This document shows, piece by piece, positions 12,743-26,563 of a DNA stretch of 64,000 bases; within the stretch, counting starts at the first letter, position 1; every line of letters begins with the position of its first letter. Made by a program: the position numbers and the translations under genes. The notes beneath the pieces are model-generated. The model saw nothing but the letters and a program-made list of their open reading frames with translations, had not been told where the DNA came from and did no database searches. The stretch comes from Scyliorhinus canicula (taxonomy: Eukaryota), in contig NC_052147.1 of assembly GCF_902713615.1 (NCBI RefSeq), positions 52,933,549-52,997,548 of the forward strand, in the 5' to 3' direction.

Positions 12743-13200
12743 TTTGTAGATGACAGTGCTGCTACTGTGCATCGGTGGTGGAGGGAGAGAATGTTTGTGG
12801 ATGTGGTGCCAATCAAGAGGGCTGCTTTGTTATGGAAGATATTAAGCTTCTTGATTGTCAGAGCTGCACTAATCCAGGCAAGTGACTTGTGCCTTGTAGA
12901 TGGTGGACAGGCTTTGGGGAGTCAGGAGGTGAGTTACTCAGCACAGAATTCCGAGCCTCTGATCAGCTCTTTTAGCCACAGTATTTATATGACTAGTCCA
13001 ATTCAGTTTCCGGTCAATGTTAACTCGCAGGATATTGATAGTGGGGGATCCGGTGATTATTTGATTCTCTCTTATTGAAGATAGTCATTTCCTGGCACTT
13101 GTGTACAAATGTTACTTGCCATTTGTTAGCCCAAGCCTGGGTATTATCCAGATCATGCTGCATTTGCACGTTAACCGCTACATTTCTGAGGAGTCACTAA

Positions 13201-15180
13201 GCATACAAAGTGGCAAAGATTAGTGGGAGACTAGAGGACTGGGAAATCTTTAGGGGGCAACAGAAAGCTACTGAAAAAAGCTATAAAGAAGAGTAAGATA
13301 GATTATGAGAGTAAACTTGCTCAGAATATAAAAACAGACAGTAAAAGTTTCTACAAATATATAAAACAAAAAAGAGTGGCTAAGGTAAATATTGGTCCTT
13401 TAGAGGATGAGAAGGGAGATTTAATAATGGGAGATGAGGAAATGGCTGAGGAACTGAACAGGTTTTTTGGATCGGTCTTCACAGTGGAAGACACAAATAA
13501 CATGCCAGTGACTGATAGAAATGAGGCTATGACAGGTGAGGACCTTGAGATGATTGTTATCACTAAGGAAGTAGTGATGGGCAAGCTAATGGGGCTAAAG
13601 GTAGACAAGTCTCCTGTCCCTGAATGAATGCATCCCAGAGTGCTAAAAGAGATGGCTAGGGAAATTGCAAATGCACTCGTGATAATTTACCAAAATTCAC
13701 TAGACTCTGGGGTGGTCCCGGCGGATTGGAAATTAGCAAACATGACACCACTGTTTAAAAAAGGAGGTAGGCAGAAAGCGGCTAATTATAGGCCAGTTAG
13801 CTTAACTTCTGTAGTAGGGAAGATGCTGGAATATTTCATCAAGGAAGAAATAGCAAGGTATCTGGATGGAAATTGTCCCATTGGGCAGACGAAGCATGGG
13901 TTCATAAAGGGCAGATCGTGCCTAACTAATTTAGTGGAATTTTTTGAGGGCATTAACAGTGCGGTAGATAACGGGGAGCCAATGGATGTGATATATCTGG
14001 ATTTCCAGAAAGCTTTTGACAAGGTGCCACACAAAAGATTGCTGCATAAGATAAAGATGCATGGCATTAAGGGTAAAGTAGTAGCATGGATAGAGGATTG
14101 GTTAATTAATAGAAGGCAAGGAGTGGGGATTAATGGGTGTTTCTCTGGTTGGTAATCAGTAGCTAGTGGTGTCCCTCAGAGATCAGTGTTGGGCCCACAA
14201 TTGTTCACAATTTACATAGGTGATTTGGAGTTGGGGACCAAGGACAATGTGTCGAAGTTTGCAGACGACACTAAGATGAGTGGTAAAGCAAAAAGTGCAG
14301 AGGATACCGGAAGTCTGCAGAGGGATTTGGATAGGTCAAGTGAATGGGCTAGGATCTGGCAGATGGAATACAATGTTGATAAATGTGAGGTTATCCATTT
14401 TGGTATGAATTATAGCAAAAGGGATTATTATTTAAATGATAAAATATTAAAACATGCTGCTGTGCAGAGAGACCTGGGTGTGCTCATGCATGAGTCGCAA
14501 AAAGTTGGTTTACAGGTGCAACAGGTGATTAAGAAGGCAAATGGAATTTTGTCCTTCATTGCTGCAGAGATGGAGTTTAAGACTAGGGAGGTTATGCTGC
14601 AATTGTATAAAGTGTTAGTGAGGCCACACCTGCAGTATTATGTTCAGTTTTGGTCTCCTTACCTGAGAAAGGACGTACTGGCGCTCGAGGGTGTGCAGAG
14701 GAGATTCACTAGGTTAATCCCAGAGCTGAAGGGGTTGGATTACAAGGCGAGGTTGAGTAGACTGGGACTGTACTCGTCGGAATTTAGAAGGATGCGGGGG
14801 GGATCTTATAGAAACATTTAAAATTATGAAGGGAATAGATAGGCTAGATGCGGGCAGATTGTTTCCACTGGTGGGTGAAATCAGAACTAGGGGGCATCGC
14901 CTCAAAATAAGGGGAAGTAGATTTAGGACTGAGTTTAGGAGGAACTTCTTCACCCAAAGGGTTGTGAATCTATGGAATCCTTGCCAGTGAAGCAGTTGAG
15001 GCTCCTTCATTAATTTTTTTGAGATAAAGGTTGACAGTTTTTTGAAGAAGAAAGGGATTAAGGGTTATGGTGTTCGGGCTGGAAAGTGGAGCTGAGTCCA
15101 AAAAAGATCAGCCATGATCTCATTGAATGGCGGAGCAGGCTCGAGGGGCCAGATGGCCTACTCCTGCTCCTAGTTCTTAT
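13201..15180 (+). mobile_element. CR1/HER1-type LINE, 5'-truncated, ORF2 reverse transcriptase with stops
   Basis: ORF pieces 13376-14821 with NYRPVSLTS, YLDFQKAFDKVPH and KFADD; 3' UTR ending CTCCTAGTTCTTATG; flanked by GAGTCAC(T/A)AA duplication (13191-13200 and 15181-15190). Confidence 0.95.
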
Positions 15181-16750
15181 GAGTCACAAATAGTGCTGAA
15201 CATTGTGCAATCATCAGCAAACATCCCCACATCCGACCTTACGTTGGAAGGAAGGTCATTGATGAAGCAGCTGAAGATGGTTGAGCCAGGATAATAATGA
15301 TGGCTCCTTGGGATCTTTAGAATGCATTGTGAATACTATGTGAAGCATAAAATTGACTTGTTATATCTACTGATAGAAAATTAATACTTCTACAGCTTTT
15401 ATCCTTTCAACAGCTTCCATTTAAAACTTGTCCATTGGATGTTTGAACATAATCGAACATGACTCGAACTAAAACTGATCCTACCTTTTTTTCCTGATGT
15501 GAGTTTGAATATTAATCCATGTATTAGCCTGTCCGCCACATTCTAAGTGGAAGTGATCTGGTTATCAGTGTGACATTTGATGAATGAAGTCATATGATAG
15601 TTAAATAGTGAACTTTAAGCATCACTCCAGGACAATATCGTGAGCCCATAAAATAAATGTGTGTGTCAGTGTGTAGATTTAATATTCATCACGTCATTAA
15701 CAGGTGTGGTTTACATTGAATAATAAAGGAACGTGTGCCCGCCAATGAATTCTTTTGCCAGTGTTATGCAGATCCTGTTCAATTTTTAAAAAGATTTATT
15801 TCCTATTGTATGCTTGATACCGGGCAGACTTTGCTACAATAACAGGAAAACGCTGGTGTTGCTACAGTGCAATTGAACTACAGTCAGTGAATCTTCAAGC
15901 AAGGCACAGACTGGAAAGACTGACAACCGTAGATTGGAATTAAAGACAGGCCTTAGTAAACTGAACTCTAGGCTGATGTCTCATTTACGCGATGCCCGGT
16001 TGTTTGAACACAGGCTTTTGGCAAGTGCAGGAACAAGTCATCGTACAAAATAGTAGAGTGAGTTAATTGGTTATATTTAATTCCAAGTGCCAATCTATAC
16101 AATCACATTGTGCCACAAAATGTTGACATGCTTCATTAACATAGTTCAAGCATTCTTTTCAGTCCTTATCAAGATGGTTACTATACAACACTGTATGGAT
16201 CCCTTTCTGAGGTAAAGTTGTGCCTTGTTTTTTTTAACCAGTTGCTATGCAACAAGTTACTAACATTCCATAATTGTAATAGTCTTCTTTCAAGTGAATG
16301 ATAGCATTATGATTAGTATGTATGATGATTTATGTTTTGGTAGTTTACTCAATGCGGCTGCATTTTGAATTGGATGCAATATTTACCTGTATATAAAATT
16401 TAAAAGAATTCCCCATAGCAGCCAGGCCACCACTGTGTGCTGTTGGGGGTATAAGTGCTCCACAAGGCTGCTTACAGCTGCAGCTGAAGCCAAAAAGGGT
16501 GGGGAGGGTCTCGAAGCCTTTCTGGAGCACTGCGCCCACCACCCCACCTGCACTCCGGGTCTGTTGCCAGGAGGCTGCCTCCAATCATAGGCCTTAAATT
16601 ATTTAAGCGGCTACCCACCTGGCACACCAGCTGACACACAAAATTCCACAATCGCCTGTCTCTGTGCCCGCTCCTATTGGGACCTAAAAATTCAGTCCTC
16701 TGCCAAAACCATTGACTCCAAAACTATCTATCTATCATAAGACCATAACC

Positions 16751-18195
16751 TCATTGTGTTGGAGGCAAGGTACTGGCATGGAGAGAGGATTGGCTGACTG
16801 GCAGACAGCGGAGAGTGGGGGTGAAGGGGTCTTTTTCAGGATGGCAGTCGGTGACTAGCGGTGTTCTGCAGGGGTCAGTGTTGGAACCACAACTTTTCAC
16901 GATATACATTAACGATCTGGAAGAAGGAGCTGAGGGCATTGTTGCGAAGTTTGCAGATGAGACAAAGATATGTACAGGGATAGGCAGTGTTGAAGAAGCG
17001 GGGAGGCTGCAGAAGGACTTGGACAGACTAGGAGAGTGGGCAATGAAGTGGCAAATTAAAGACAATGTGGAAAAGTGTGAGGTTATGCACGTTGGTAGGA
17101 GGAATAGAGGCATAGACTATTTTCTGAATGGGGAACAGCTTCGGAAATTTGAGGCACAAAGGTACTAAGAGACCTAGTTCAAGATTCTCTTAAGGTTAAC
17201 ATGCTGGTTCAGATGGCAGCTAGCAAGGCAAATGCAATGTTAGCATTCATGTCGAGAGGGCTAGCATACAAGAGCGGGGATGTACTGCTGAGGCTGTGTA
17301 AGGCTCTGGTCAGACCCCTTTGGAATATTGTGAGCAGTTTTGGACCATATCTAGAATTATAGAATTTACAGTGCAGAAATGGCCATTCAGCCCATCGAGT
17401 CTGCACCGGCTCTTGGAAAGAGCACCCTACCCAAGGTCAACAACTCCACCCTATCCCCATAACCCAGTAACCCCACCCAACACTAAGGGCAATTTTGGAC
17501 ACTAAGGGCAAGTTATCATGGCCAATCCACCTAACCTGCACATCTTTGGACTGTGGGAGGAAACCGGAGCACCCGGAGGAAACCCACGCACACACGGGGA
17601 GGATATGCAGACTCCGCACAGACAGTGACCCGAAGCCGGAATCGAACCTGGGACCCTGGAGCTGTGAAGCGATTGTGCTATCCACAATGCTACCATGCTG
17701 TCTTGGCCTTGGAGGGTGTCCAGAGGAAGTTCACAAGAACGATCCCAGGAATGAAGGGCTTGTCATATGAGGAGTGTTTGAGGACTCTGGATCTGTACTA
17801 AATGGAGTTTAGAAGGATAAGGGGGGATCTTAGTGAAACCTACAGACTACTGGATAGAGTGAATGTGGACCGGATGTTTCAACTAATAGGAGAAACTAGA
17901 ATCCAAGGGCATATCCTCAGACTGAAGGGATGATCCTTTAACACAGAGAAGAGGAGGAATTTCTTCAGCCAGGGGGTGGTAAATCTGTGGAACTCATTGC
18001 TGCAGAAAGCTGTGGAGGCCAAGTCACTGGGTGTCTTTAAGACAGAGATAGATAGGTTCTTGATTAATAATGGGATTGGGTTACGGGGAGAAGGCAGGAG
18101 AATTGGGATGAGGAACATATTAGCCATGATCGAATGGAGGAGCAGACTCGATGGGCCGAATGCCTAATTCTGCTCCTATATCTTATCGTCTTATG
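16751..18195 (+). mobile_element. CR1/HER1-type LINE 3' part, interrupted by a SINE
   Basis: SGVLQGSVLEPQLFTIYINDL, KFADETK, VVNLWNSL motifs; 3' UTR CTGCTCCTATATCTTAT. Confidence 0.92.
17356..17700 (-). mobile_element. HE1-type V-SINE inside CR1
   Basis: Full head, V-domain and CR1-like tail; nearly identical to 33873-34218. Confidence 0.93.
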
Positions 18196-19156
18196 TGGTG
18201 CACAACATTGGCATTGTGCCCAAATTGGAGTTGAGTTCTTCTACCCATCAGCAAAACCAAATTCTTGTATTCCTGAAATATCAATTATGCTACTGCTGAA
18301 ATCCTTATTCAAGCTGAGAGAATCAACCACACACCTCTCAAATGTCATTCATTTTTATTTAAAATTGTACCAATGTAATGTAGGAGGTTCACAGGCCTCA
18401 GGGGTACTCTCAGGGGGTTGGTGAGGCTGGTGAGAACCAGGTAGCAGGGCCACAGACCTTGAGAGTACTGGTGTGGGGGCGGGAGTGCTAGTGAGGGGAC
18501 CAGAAGGTCGAGGCTTCAGGGACAATGAGGTCCCAGTCTGGAATGAGCTTGGCGATCTCGAGACAGGGAATGGCAGTGTTTCGGGTATTACCTTTTATTT
18601 CTCTTCCTTGGTGCAGTGTTAAATTTCGCAGAGACTAACACTGGCTGCCTCCCTATGTCCCAGAAGCAGCTGTGAGGCCCCTTTCTTGCCTATGCACATA
18701 GACTAATGTTGATTTAAGATGTGAGCAAAGGATACTTCTCCCATGATGGCATCCGGCCTAACTCTCAGCTGATGTGCACATGTGCATCGGATGCCATTTT
18801 GGCCCCAAACAAGACCTATAGAACCCAACCAGGCGCAGCCAAACCCAATTTCATAGTCTACAATCTTTTAACAGGTGTCAGAGACACATTTGAGCCGATT
18901 GAACATGTTTCTTTCAGCTGTTAGCTCTGTGCTGGAAGTTGACACTCAGCCAGTCAGCACTTGCTCTTAATCCAGTCTCTGCCTTTCAATGATGCAAAGA
19001 GGAAACTTAAATAACTGACATCTTCTGTCAATTCAGATCCGAACCAGCAAAGCTTAAATGTGGAGGTCAGACAAACTGAAATGAGGGCAACTATGTGCTT
19101 CTACTTGAACATCACAATGTGTTATGTTCTAACACTAATACTTCAAATAACATCTG

Positions 19157-19206
19157 TGATTTTTACTGCCTTATGATTTTTACTACCTTATGATTTTTAC
19201 TACCTT
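19157..19206. repeat. 17-bp tandem repeat x3 (TGATTTTTACTACCTTA)
   Basis: Directly visible. Confidence 0.9.
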
Positions 19207-20226
19207 GTACAATCTGCTACTTTACAGATGTAAGTTTCAAAAGATTCTGAAATTACTGCATGATATTTGTTACATTGCGTTAATTTGGTCACCTAGCTAT
19301 CTGCTGAACATGCTATTTGGATATGGTGATGGCCTCAAATTAAATCCAGTCTGAATGCAAAAATAGAATATTACAAGACATATCAAATGAACTTTCAGAA
19401 TATGTACCATTAGCTAGCAATTCAAAATTGTTTGGGATTACTTATGCACTTCTGGCTTCAGTCATTAAATAAATATGATAAAACCTGTTTCACATAAATC
19501 AGGAATGACAAGAAAAGTTGCATATTTTTCTAAGAATTTGGAAGAAATCTATTCACACTGAGAATTCAATAATCTAGGTCTTGCAGTGGTTATCCAGTGC
19601 CTGGGGATCAGTTATGCCAGTTCAACCAATTTTCTGCTGTCACTTCTAGTGGATAGCAGAACTGTCCACTCTTAATCTGGTCACAATCTGTTGACATCAT
19701 ACATCCTAATGTTAACCATTAGGGTCTCATTTGTGCTCAGTTTCAATCAGGTTCATGTTAAAATGAGTAGCAGCATTGTTAGGTGGTGGTGACAAGGCAC
19801 AAGTTGATTCTAAAAGCCCAGTAGTAATTTAAGAGTATAAAAGTTTATTTTTCAATTGACTCTGATGTATTTTCTGCTGCTAATAATTGCTTTATCAACT
19901 ACTTTTGAGTCCTGTGCCTCCCATTTTCTCTACCTGATCCCATTCACCCCAACAAGGACACGGGGAGCTTATTTTCATCTTGCTACCAGCCCATTTATGG
20001 TATGGGAGGCAGAGGATAGAAATCACACAAAAAAAATCACTGACACCATTGGAGGTCCACATGTTCCAATATATGGGCAGCTTTTGATTCAGCCAGTCAG
20101 TGTCTCACTGGATACTTAAATGATGCTGTTAGTGATGAGATTTTGGTGCCAATAATAACTCGCGTATGAACAAACCATGGACAGTTAATGTCTGGAGGCA
20201 GCCATTGCAGCTCTAGTTAAAGAGAC

Positions 20227-20545
20227 CATAGAACATACAGTGGAGAATGAGGCCATTTGGCCCCATCAAGTCTGCACCGACCCACTTAAGCCCTCACTTC
20301 ACCCTATCCCCGTAACCCAATAACCCCTCCTAACCTTTTTTGGATACTACGGGCAATTTACCATGGCCAATCCACCTAACCTGCACGTCTTTGGACTGTG
20401 GGAGTAAACCAGAGCACCCGGAGGAAACCCACGCAGACACGGGGAGAATGTGCAGACTGCGCACAGACAGTGACCAGGCGGGGAATCGAACCTGGGACCC
20501 CGGCGCTGTGAAGCCGCAGTGCTATCCACTTGTTCTACTGTGCTG
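20227..20545 (-). mobile_element. HE1-type V-SINE
   Basis: B box, V-domain and CR1-like tail on the minus strand. Confidence 0.92.
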
Positions 20546-20774
20546 CAGTTGGAGCTGGAAGGTGTTCTGGCAATGTCTTTTTCATCATTCACATTGGGAC
20601 TTTTAAGCCTTAAAGTGTGTTTTAAGATTAAATCCCGCCTACCTGTGCTCTTTAAATTTCCCTGCCATTTAATTCTGCTAACCATTGACTCCACCAATTA
20701 GTTTCAGGCTCCCCCTTTTAACCATTACTAGACCTGCATCAATCTATTTCCTGGATTGTTACACAAAAATAGAC

Positions 20775-21030
20775 ACCAAGCTAAAGAAAGAGGCAGTAAG
20801 AGCAATGACGAAAAGCTGTTGAAGGGGTATTAAGGAAGCTCTTAGAGGGGGGGAAGAGGTGGAGTAGTAGGGAATTGTGAAGCTTGGGGTCGAGAAAGAA
20901 AGGCACAGCCACCAATGGTGGGAGAATCCTTTAGAGGATCGAATTGAAGTAATACTGAGTTCTCAGGAAGAGGACTATTCACCAATATATGTAAGGGACC
21001 TAATGCCTGTTTTAGGTGGCTGTAGGGGAT
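20775..21030 (-). mobile_element. L2 3' fragment
   Basis: AAGGCACAGCCACCAATGGTGGG is antisense to the CATCGGTGGCTGTGCTT motif at ~3690. Confidence 0.6.
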
Positions 21031-21844
21031 GTGTGAAATATTTCCTGGCCTACCACACAGTCTGACAAACTTGGGGCTGGGGACAGAGCCATGCAAAATT
21101 GGTAGTTTTGAAAAATAATTTTCCTCTTGTGAAAATGCAGACCATTGAGTTCAATTTCTAGCCAGTGTATTTTATTTAGTATAAAAGGTAATAATGAGAT
21201 TTAAGTTGGGCTAATGTCCAGGAACTGATGGTTTCCACGCCAAGTGTTAAATAAGTGGAAAGGTTGCAGACGCATTTATCCTGTCAAAAGTTTATCTCGA
21301 TTGAGGAATTATCTTTTGGTATAAATATTCTGTTATTTAAGACGAGGTTGGAGGGAGAAGCCAAATCACTAAAAATCTTTCATTTTAACATCAAATTTGG
21401 AAATGTTGCTAAAATGTATCAGGATCAGGGCATTTGGATAAGAGTGAACTGATTAGGAAGTCAGCAAGGATTGGTGAAGAGTAGGCTGTGTCTGACTATT
21501 CTAGTTGAAATTATTGAGGCAATTACTAGCATTGGAGTGTCTATGGATATTGTCTATCATTACGAACCCTGGATTTTATAACCCATTTTAAACTTAATCT
21601 TTAAACTTAAACTTAAGATAAAATGTAACGGCTTGGAGAGGGGTATGTGACCTATGAAATCAGTCGAGAGACAAGCCCATGTGATTTCATACTAAATCTA
21701 CCCAGAGACACGCCCATGTGACCTGCTTGTTATGGAGTCAAACTCAGATCGAAACTTATTTAATAGATAGATTTTGTTCGGTAAGGGTGTTAAGGAATCC
21801 TTTTGGCAATATAACGTTATTCCAAAAAAAAAGGAAGGACAAAG

Positions 21845-22076
21845 CCGCAAGCTAAGGCCCAAAACCAAATTGTAAATAAATGCCTATAAACATGTGCCTC
21901 GGCCATATTGGGGAATGTAAAATATGTATGCCGGTTAAAGGGGGCGGCCACAGTTGTTATTATGAAGATGCTTACCTGTAAATATACATGTTAATTTTTG
22001 CGTGGTTTTTTTTTCTAATAATTTGTAATTTGTTGGATATAAAATATGAAAATTCAATAAAAAACATTTCCAAAAA
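21845..22076 (+). mobile_element. L1 3' UTR fragment
   Basis: Shares GCTAAGGCCCAAAACCAA, GAAGATGCTTACCTGTAAATAT and AATAAAAA(A)CATTT with the 3' UTR at 33070-33281. Confidence 0.85.
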
Positions 22077-23669
22077 TTTTTTTTTTTTTTAAATGTATTT
22101 TTATTAGTGCTTGTAAAGTATGGAGGAGGCTGAGGGAGCTATCTTTGGCTAAGAAGCAGTTGTTCTATACAACATAAGGCAGAGAAGGGTAGCATCATTT
22201 GGGAAGGGGAGACAATTATTTCAAAGGGAAGCAACACGAGGTCAAAAGAAACTGGTGCCCAGGGAAGCTAGTGCTGATTATACCACACTCCTTGAGCTTC
22301 TCAACCATGTGAAAAATCAAGGTTTTTGGTCTTAATCAGTGTTTTTCTACAATACCAATATTTTTTCATCGTATTCGTTTTTGTTCTTCTGAAAACATTT
22401 TCATATATTGCAATTTTACCAACAAGTTTAAAAACCTGCACTTTGATCTCATACCTGGGAAATAATTCTGTCTGTTGAAGCACAGTTGTTTGACTAACTC
22501 ACATAGTCACTTAATAACCATGCGGTGAATGCCTTCGAATGTGGCAGGTCCTATGCATGAGAACCAAGAGAATTTGGAACTGTGTAAGAAACCAAAAATT
22601 GGTCCAGCAAGTGGAATCATGTACTTATAACTTGACACGCATCTCGTGTCAAGATAAATGATTTCTTCCTTCTATTTGATCTCCACCATTTTTTGTCCCT
22701 TATATTTTATAGATATTTTCTCTGTTTTTTAACACGATAAAAGTAATTCATTCCAGGAATTAAATAAATATAAACTCAGATCCAAGGATTGCAGGTCGCT
22801 GTGAGCTGGCAGGAATTCCATTAAGACCCTAAGACTGCCCATAACAAAAGTTATTAATGCCAAGGAGATTGCTTCATTTAAAGCAAAACAAGCCTCTTGT
22901 TCCATTGCTATTGTTTCACCTTCATTCCAGTGTGTTCACGGCCTCTGTTCTGTTGCTTGGCATTGGTCCTATTTTCTTGGCTGCAATTAACGGCACCACT
23001 TACAGGCTTTCCCCATTCATTATTATATCAGTGATTCCTTTCCCACTTCCCATTCTCCATGAATGGCCAGTAGTTCTGCTGTCCACTTCTGTCTGCAAAG
23101 TGGGACTGTGGAATCTCCTGGTCGGAACTGCAGATTTCTGCTCAAATGTATTAGAAAACTAGAGTCACGTTTAATGTGATGAAACCCACAAACTCTTTCA
23201 GTTTTCCTTAATTTAGCTGTTTTCTGTTCTTCCTATTTCAGTACTTTTCATTTCTTAATCTAACTAAACTGATATAATCGATAATGCCCCCAACCTTGTC
23301 TATTAGTATATACATTTATTGTTTTCCATTATTGCATACACTGAACCAGAGCTAAATCAATTTCATGTGAAATTCCTCTATCCTTGAGCATTTATAAAAA
23401 AACTATTCTTGGGATATGAATGACACCAAAAAGTCAGCATTTTATGTCCATCTCCAGTTGCCCTGAGCTGATTGACTTTAGCACTGGAGTCTGAGTTAGA
23501 CTGAGTCTTTATTACAATGTGGCAACTTTTGTGGTGATTTTCCTGATACCAACCTGTAAATTACCTTTTTATTAACTGAACACAAAGCTACTACACTCAA
23601 CATTTGGTTTTTTAGAATTGGGTCATCAGACGCAGTCAACTAAATTATCTCTTTTGCGTAGAAGACTGT

Positions 23670-23997
23670 CTCATAGAGTCATAGAATTTACAGTGCAGAA
23701 GGAGGCCATTTGGCTTATCGAGTCTGCACCGGCCCTTGGAAAGAGCACCCTACAGAAGCCCAAACCTCCACCCTATCATCGTAACCCAGTAACCCCACCC
23801 AACCTTTTTGGACATTTAGCCAGGCCAATCCACCTAACCTGTATATCTTTAGACTGGGAAGGAAACCGGAGTACCCGGAGGAAACCCACGCAGATAAAGT
23901 GCAGACTCTGCACAGACAGTGACACAAGCCGGGAATCGATCCTGGGACCCTGGAGCTGTGAAGAAACTGTGCTAACCACTGTGCTACCATTGCCCCC
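23670..23997 (-). mobile_element. HE1-type V-SINE
   Basis: Head, V-domain and CR1-like tail on the minus strand. Confidence 0.9.
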
Positions 23998-26334
23998 CCC
24001 CCCCCCCCAAATTGCATATAAATGAATAACTCTAAAAAGATATGAACTAGCAGTGAATATGCAATTTAGTTCCATAGACTTTCAGGAGAAAGGTGGTAGT
24101 TAGGCGAGGCTAGTGTGTATGCCCGCATGACTATAGATTTTGAATAGCTAAAATATATTTGATTAAGTGCCCCAAAACTGCTGCTTGTTTGCTGTTACAC
24201 TATTAAGCACAGTGAAGTCTCACTGGTGCACGGAGGCTGATGGTATTCGTTCCGGCACAGTCAGCTTTACCAAGCAGCTGTCTGGCTCCTCTTTAAATGT
24301 ATCTGAACAAAACTGCAGTAAAGAGAAAGGCTTCCTTTCAGCAGAAGTACAAGAAGTCAGTTTAATTCAGGCATTATGCTTCTTTCAATGAAGCCTAACC
24401 CAGCAGAATACAAAATTAATGCCTCGCAGTGGAAATTCGAAAATAAATGCAAGGTTAAGATACGTGAGTTCGGGAATTCTCTGCCATCAAGCCAATTCAC
24501 TTTTTAGCCATTTGCAATGGCAAATCCATAAAAAAGCTAGTCAGAATGAATCCAGAGTTGTAAGTGTTTCTTTGTGTCAGTTTACCCAGTTCACTCATGG
24601 CAGTGTCTCGGGAGCTGAATGTGCATAATATTAAACCATCCGTCAGATTTTGTTCTCTGTAATGTTTTACAGGCCTGCAGTTACCACACCTTCTCTTGCC
24701 ATCTAATTTGTTGAAAGCGAGAAGTATATTAGCAAAATGATTCCGCGATATGCAAAACAGACAGTGCTCGATCAGCTAAAAAGGATAATGTCGCAATTTA
24801 TCCTGGAACAGATTTAGGTGATTTAAGGCAAAGTCTGTTGAATTGGTTATCTTCTAATCTTATTGGGCCACCATCAAAGTTTAAAACTGATACACTGTCT
24901 GATTAAACTGCCTTTGAACCTATTGAGACGCAGGAGATATTTCTGACTTTCGAGGTGAGTGACAGACATAAAACCGAAAAGGATCAAGTTAACCCCATTG
25001 ACCGGGTGGAAAGTGAGTGAGCAGTTAAATTTGACTGGGAGGTTTACCTACTGATGTTCTGCAGCAATATTTTCTGCTCTGTAAGGATGCTCACCTGAAG
25101 CTGACAGGATATTTCTTTAAATATCGAGATGGGAATCTATTGATGTCACCTGCCCTGACTGCAATTCCAAGTGTCGTCCTAATCACAGAAGCTATTGGAT
25201 GCCATTTAACCACCGCATTGTGCCCGGTGTGGATCTGGGCGCGCTAGTTAAATAGGGGAAAAGTCCGAAATCGAGCTTCGCGCAGGGCTTTCTAACCGGC
25301 CGCTCCTGATGGCAAGTTCCGGATCTTGCCCAAATATGGCGAGCATATCATTAACCCCAATTTGCATTAATTTCCACATTTTACCGGGATCGAAGTCGAA
25401 TGTAACGGCCGCCCGGGAATTAACCGCCTCCCCAGTGAGAAATCACCCGGCCGTCATTTAGTACTCCTTTTTAAAAACGTGAAGCTGGCGCAATGGCTGC
25501 TGAGGGGATCTGAGGAGGTGAGTAACCATTTCCATTTTCGAGCATTCAGCTCGAGGGTACTGGAGGGGGTTGGTGGCTCTCAGGTGGAGTTGGCCTTGGT
25601 CAGAGGCTGGAGTGTTCCAGGTCGGGGGTCGCTCCTGGGCTAGGGGACGGTGAGGGACTTTTCGTCCGTGAGGCCTTCAAGCCATCTTTAAACATTGTGG
25701 ATACCCATAATGGGGGCAACAACAGCTGCTGCCTTTCTGTCCTACCAAAACCTTCCAGGACAGAGCCGTGTTCTTGGTTCCATGCTGAAGGTCACTTTTA
25801 CTCCCTTTGACTGTGAGAAGCCACAAGCTTCACAACCGAAGGCTATTGATAATAAGGAATTGTCCTTGTTAGCTGTGAGAGCACTTGACAACTCCTCAAG
25901 TTCTTTCTCGTGGGGACATATGCTATGTCTCAGATGATGATTATTGCATCACATCTCAATCAAACTTTGAAGCCTGAACACTTTTCTTGATCTCTAGAAG
26001 CAAGAAGACCATGGAGGCAGCAGCCAAAAATCAAGAGCTAGGCTTCAGCACTGCGTATATCCTTGTGACCAAAGTGTGAGGGTGTGAATCGGGGAGAGCA
26101 CCTGAGTACGGTCTCCCCAATGTTCCCAGCTTGGGTATGATGTCTAGGGGCTTCTGCTGTGGTCAGGGGTGTGCAGAGCGGGGTTCTCCAGCACAACTGG
26201 CTCACTGGATCTCACTCTGAGGGAAGGAGGGACAAGTAAGGGTGGGAGAGGCTCGGGGAATTTGAGGGTCCCAGGGCGGAAGCCCTAACTGATTATTGAC
26301 CTATCTTCTGCTCCAATTCCTTACAGATACCAAA

Positions 26335-26530
26335 ATGGATGGCGGCGTTGGTACCGCAGAGGATGCCCTTGTGGTGCTGGTGGGGGCTGGCCATCAGGTC
26401 AAGGAGGAACCCAGAGGTCAGGGAGGAGCTGCAGGAGGAGACGGAGGGTGGAGGTCAGGCTGTGGAAAGTGTCCGGCATGCCAAGAGGACCACGGAGGAC
26501 CTCATCCTCGCCCACTTATCACAAGATGAG
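26335..26530 (+). pseudogene. Harbinger transposase remnant (N-terminus joined to C-terminus, DDE core deleted)
   Basis: MDGGVGTAEDALVVLVGAG after a splice acceptor, then ..RHAKRTTEDLILAHLS resembling Harbinger transposase C-termini; no catalytic region. Confidence 0.5.
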
Positions 26531-26563
26531 GCTTTGTCCATCAGCTCACCACCTCACCCCCCC

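Larger units (their letters stand above)
11970..15290 (-). mobile_element. Second CR1-like LINE family, antisense, split by three later insertions (pieces ~11970-12221, ~12745-13200, 15181-15290)
   Basis: Reverse complement matches 38262-38900 and 9700-10235; the pieces resume in register across the insertions. Confidence 0.85.

Noticed and set aside
22857-23162. 101-aa hydrophobic ORF or minus-strand exon ending at GTAAGT
   Set aside because: Hydrophobicity follows from T-rich composition; no homology recognised in any frame.
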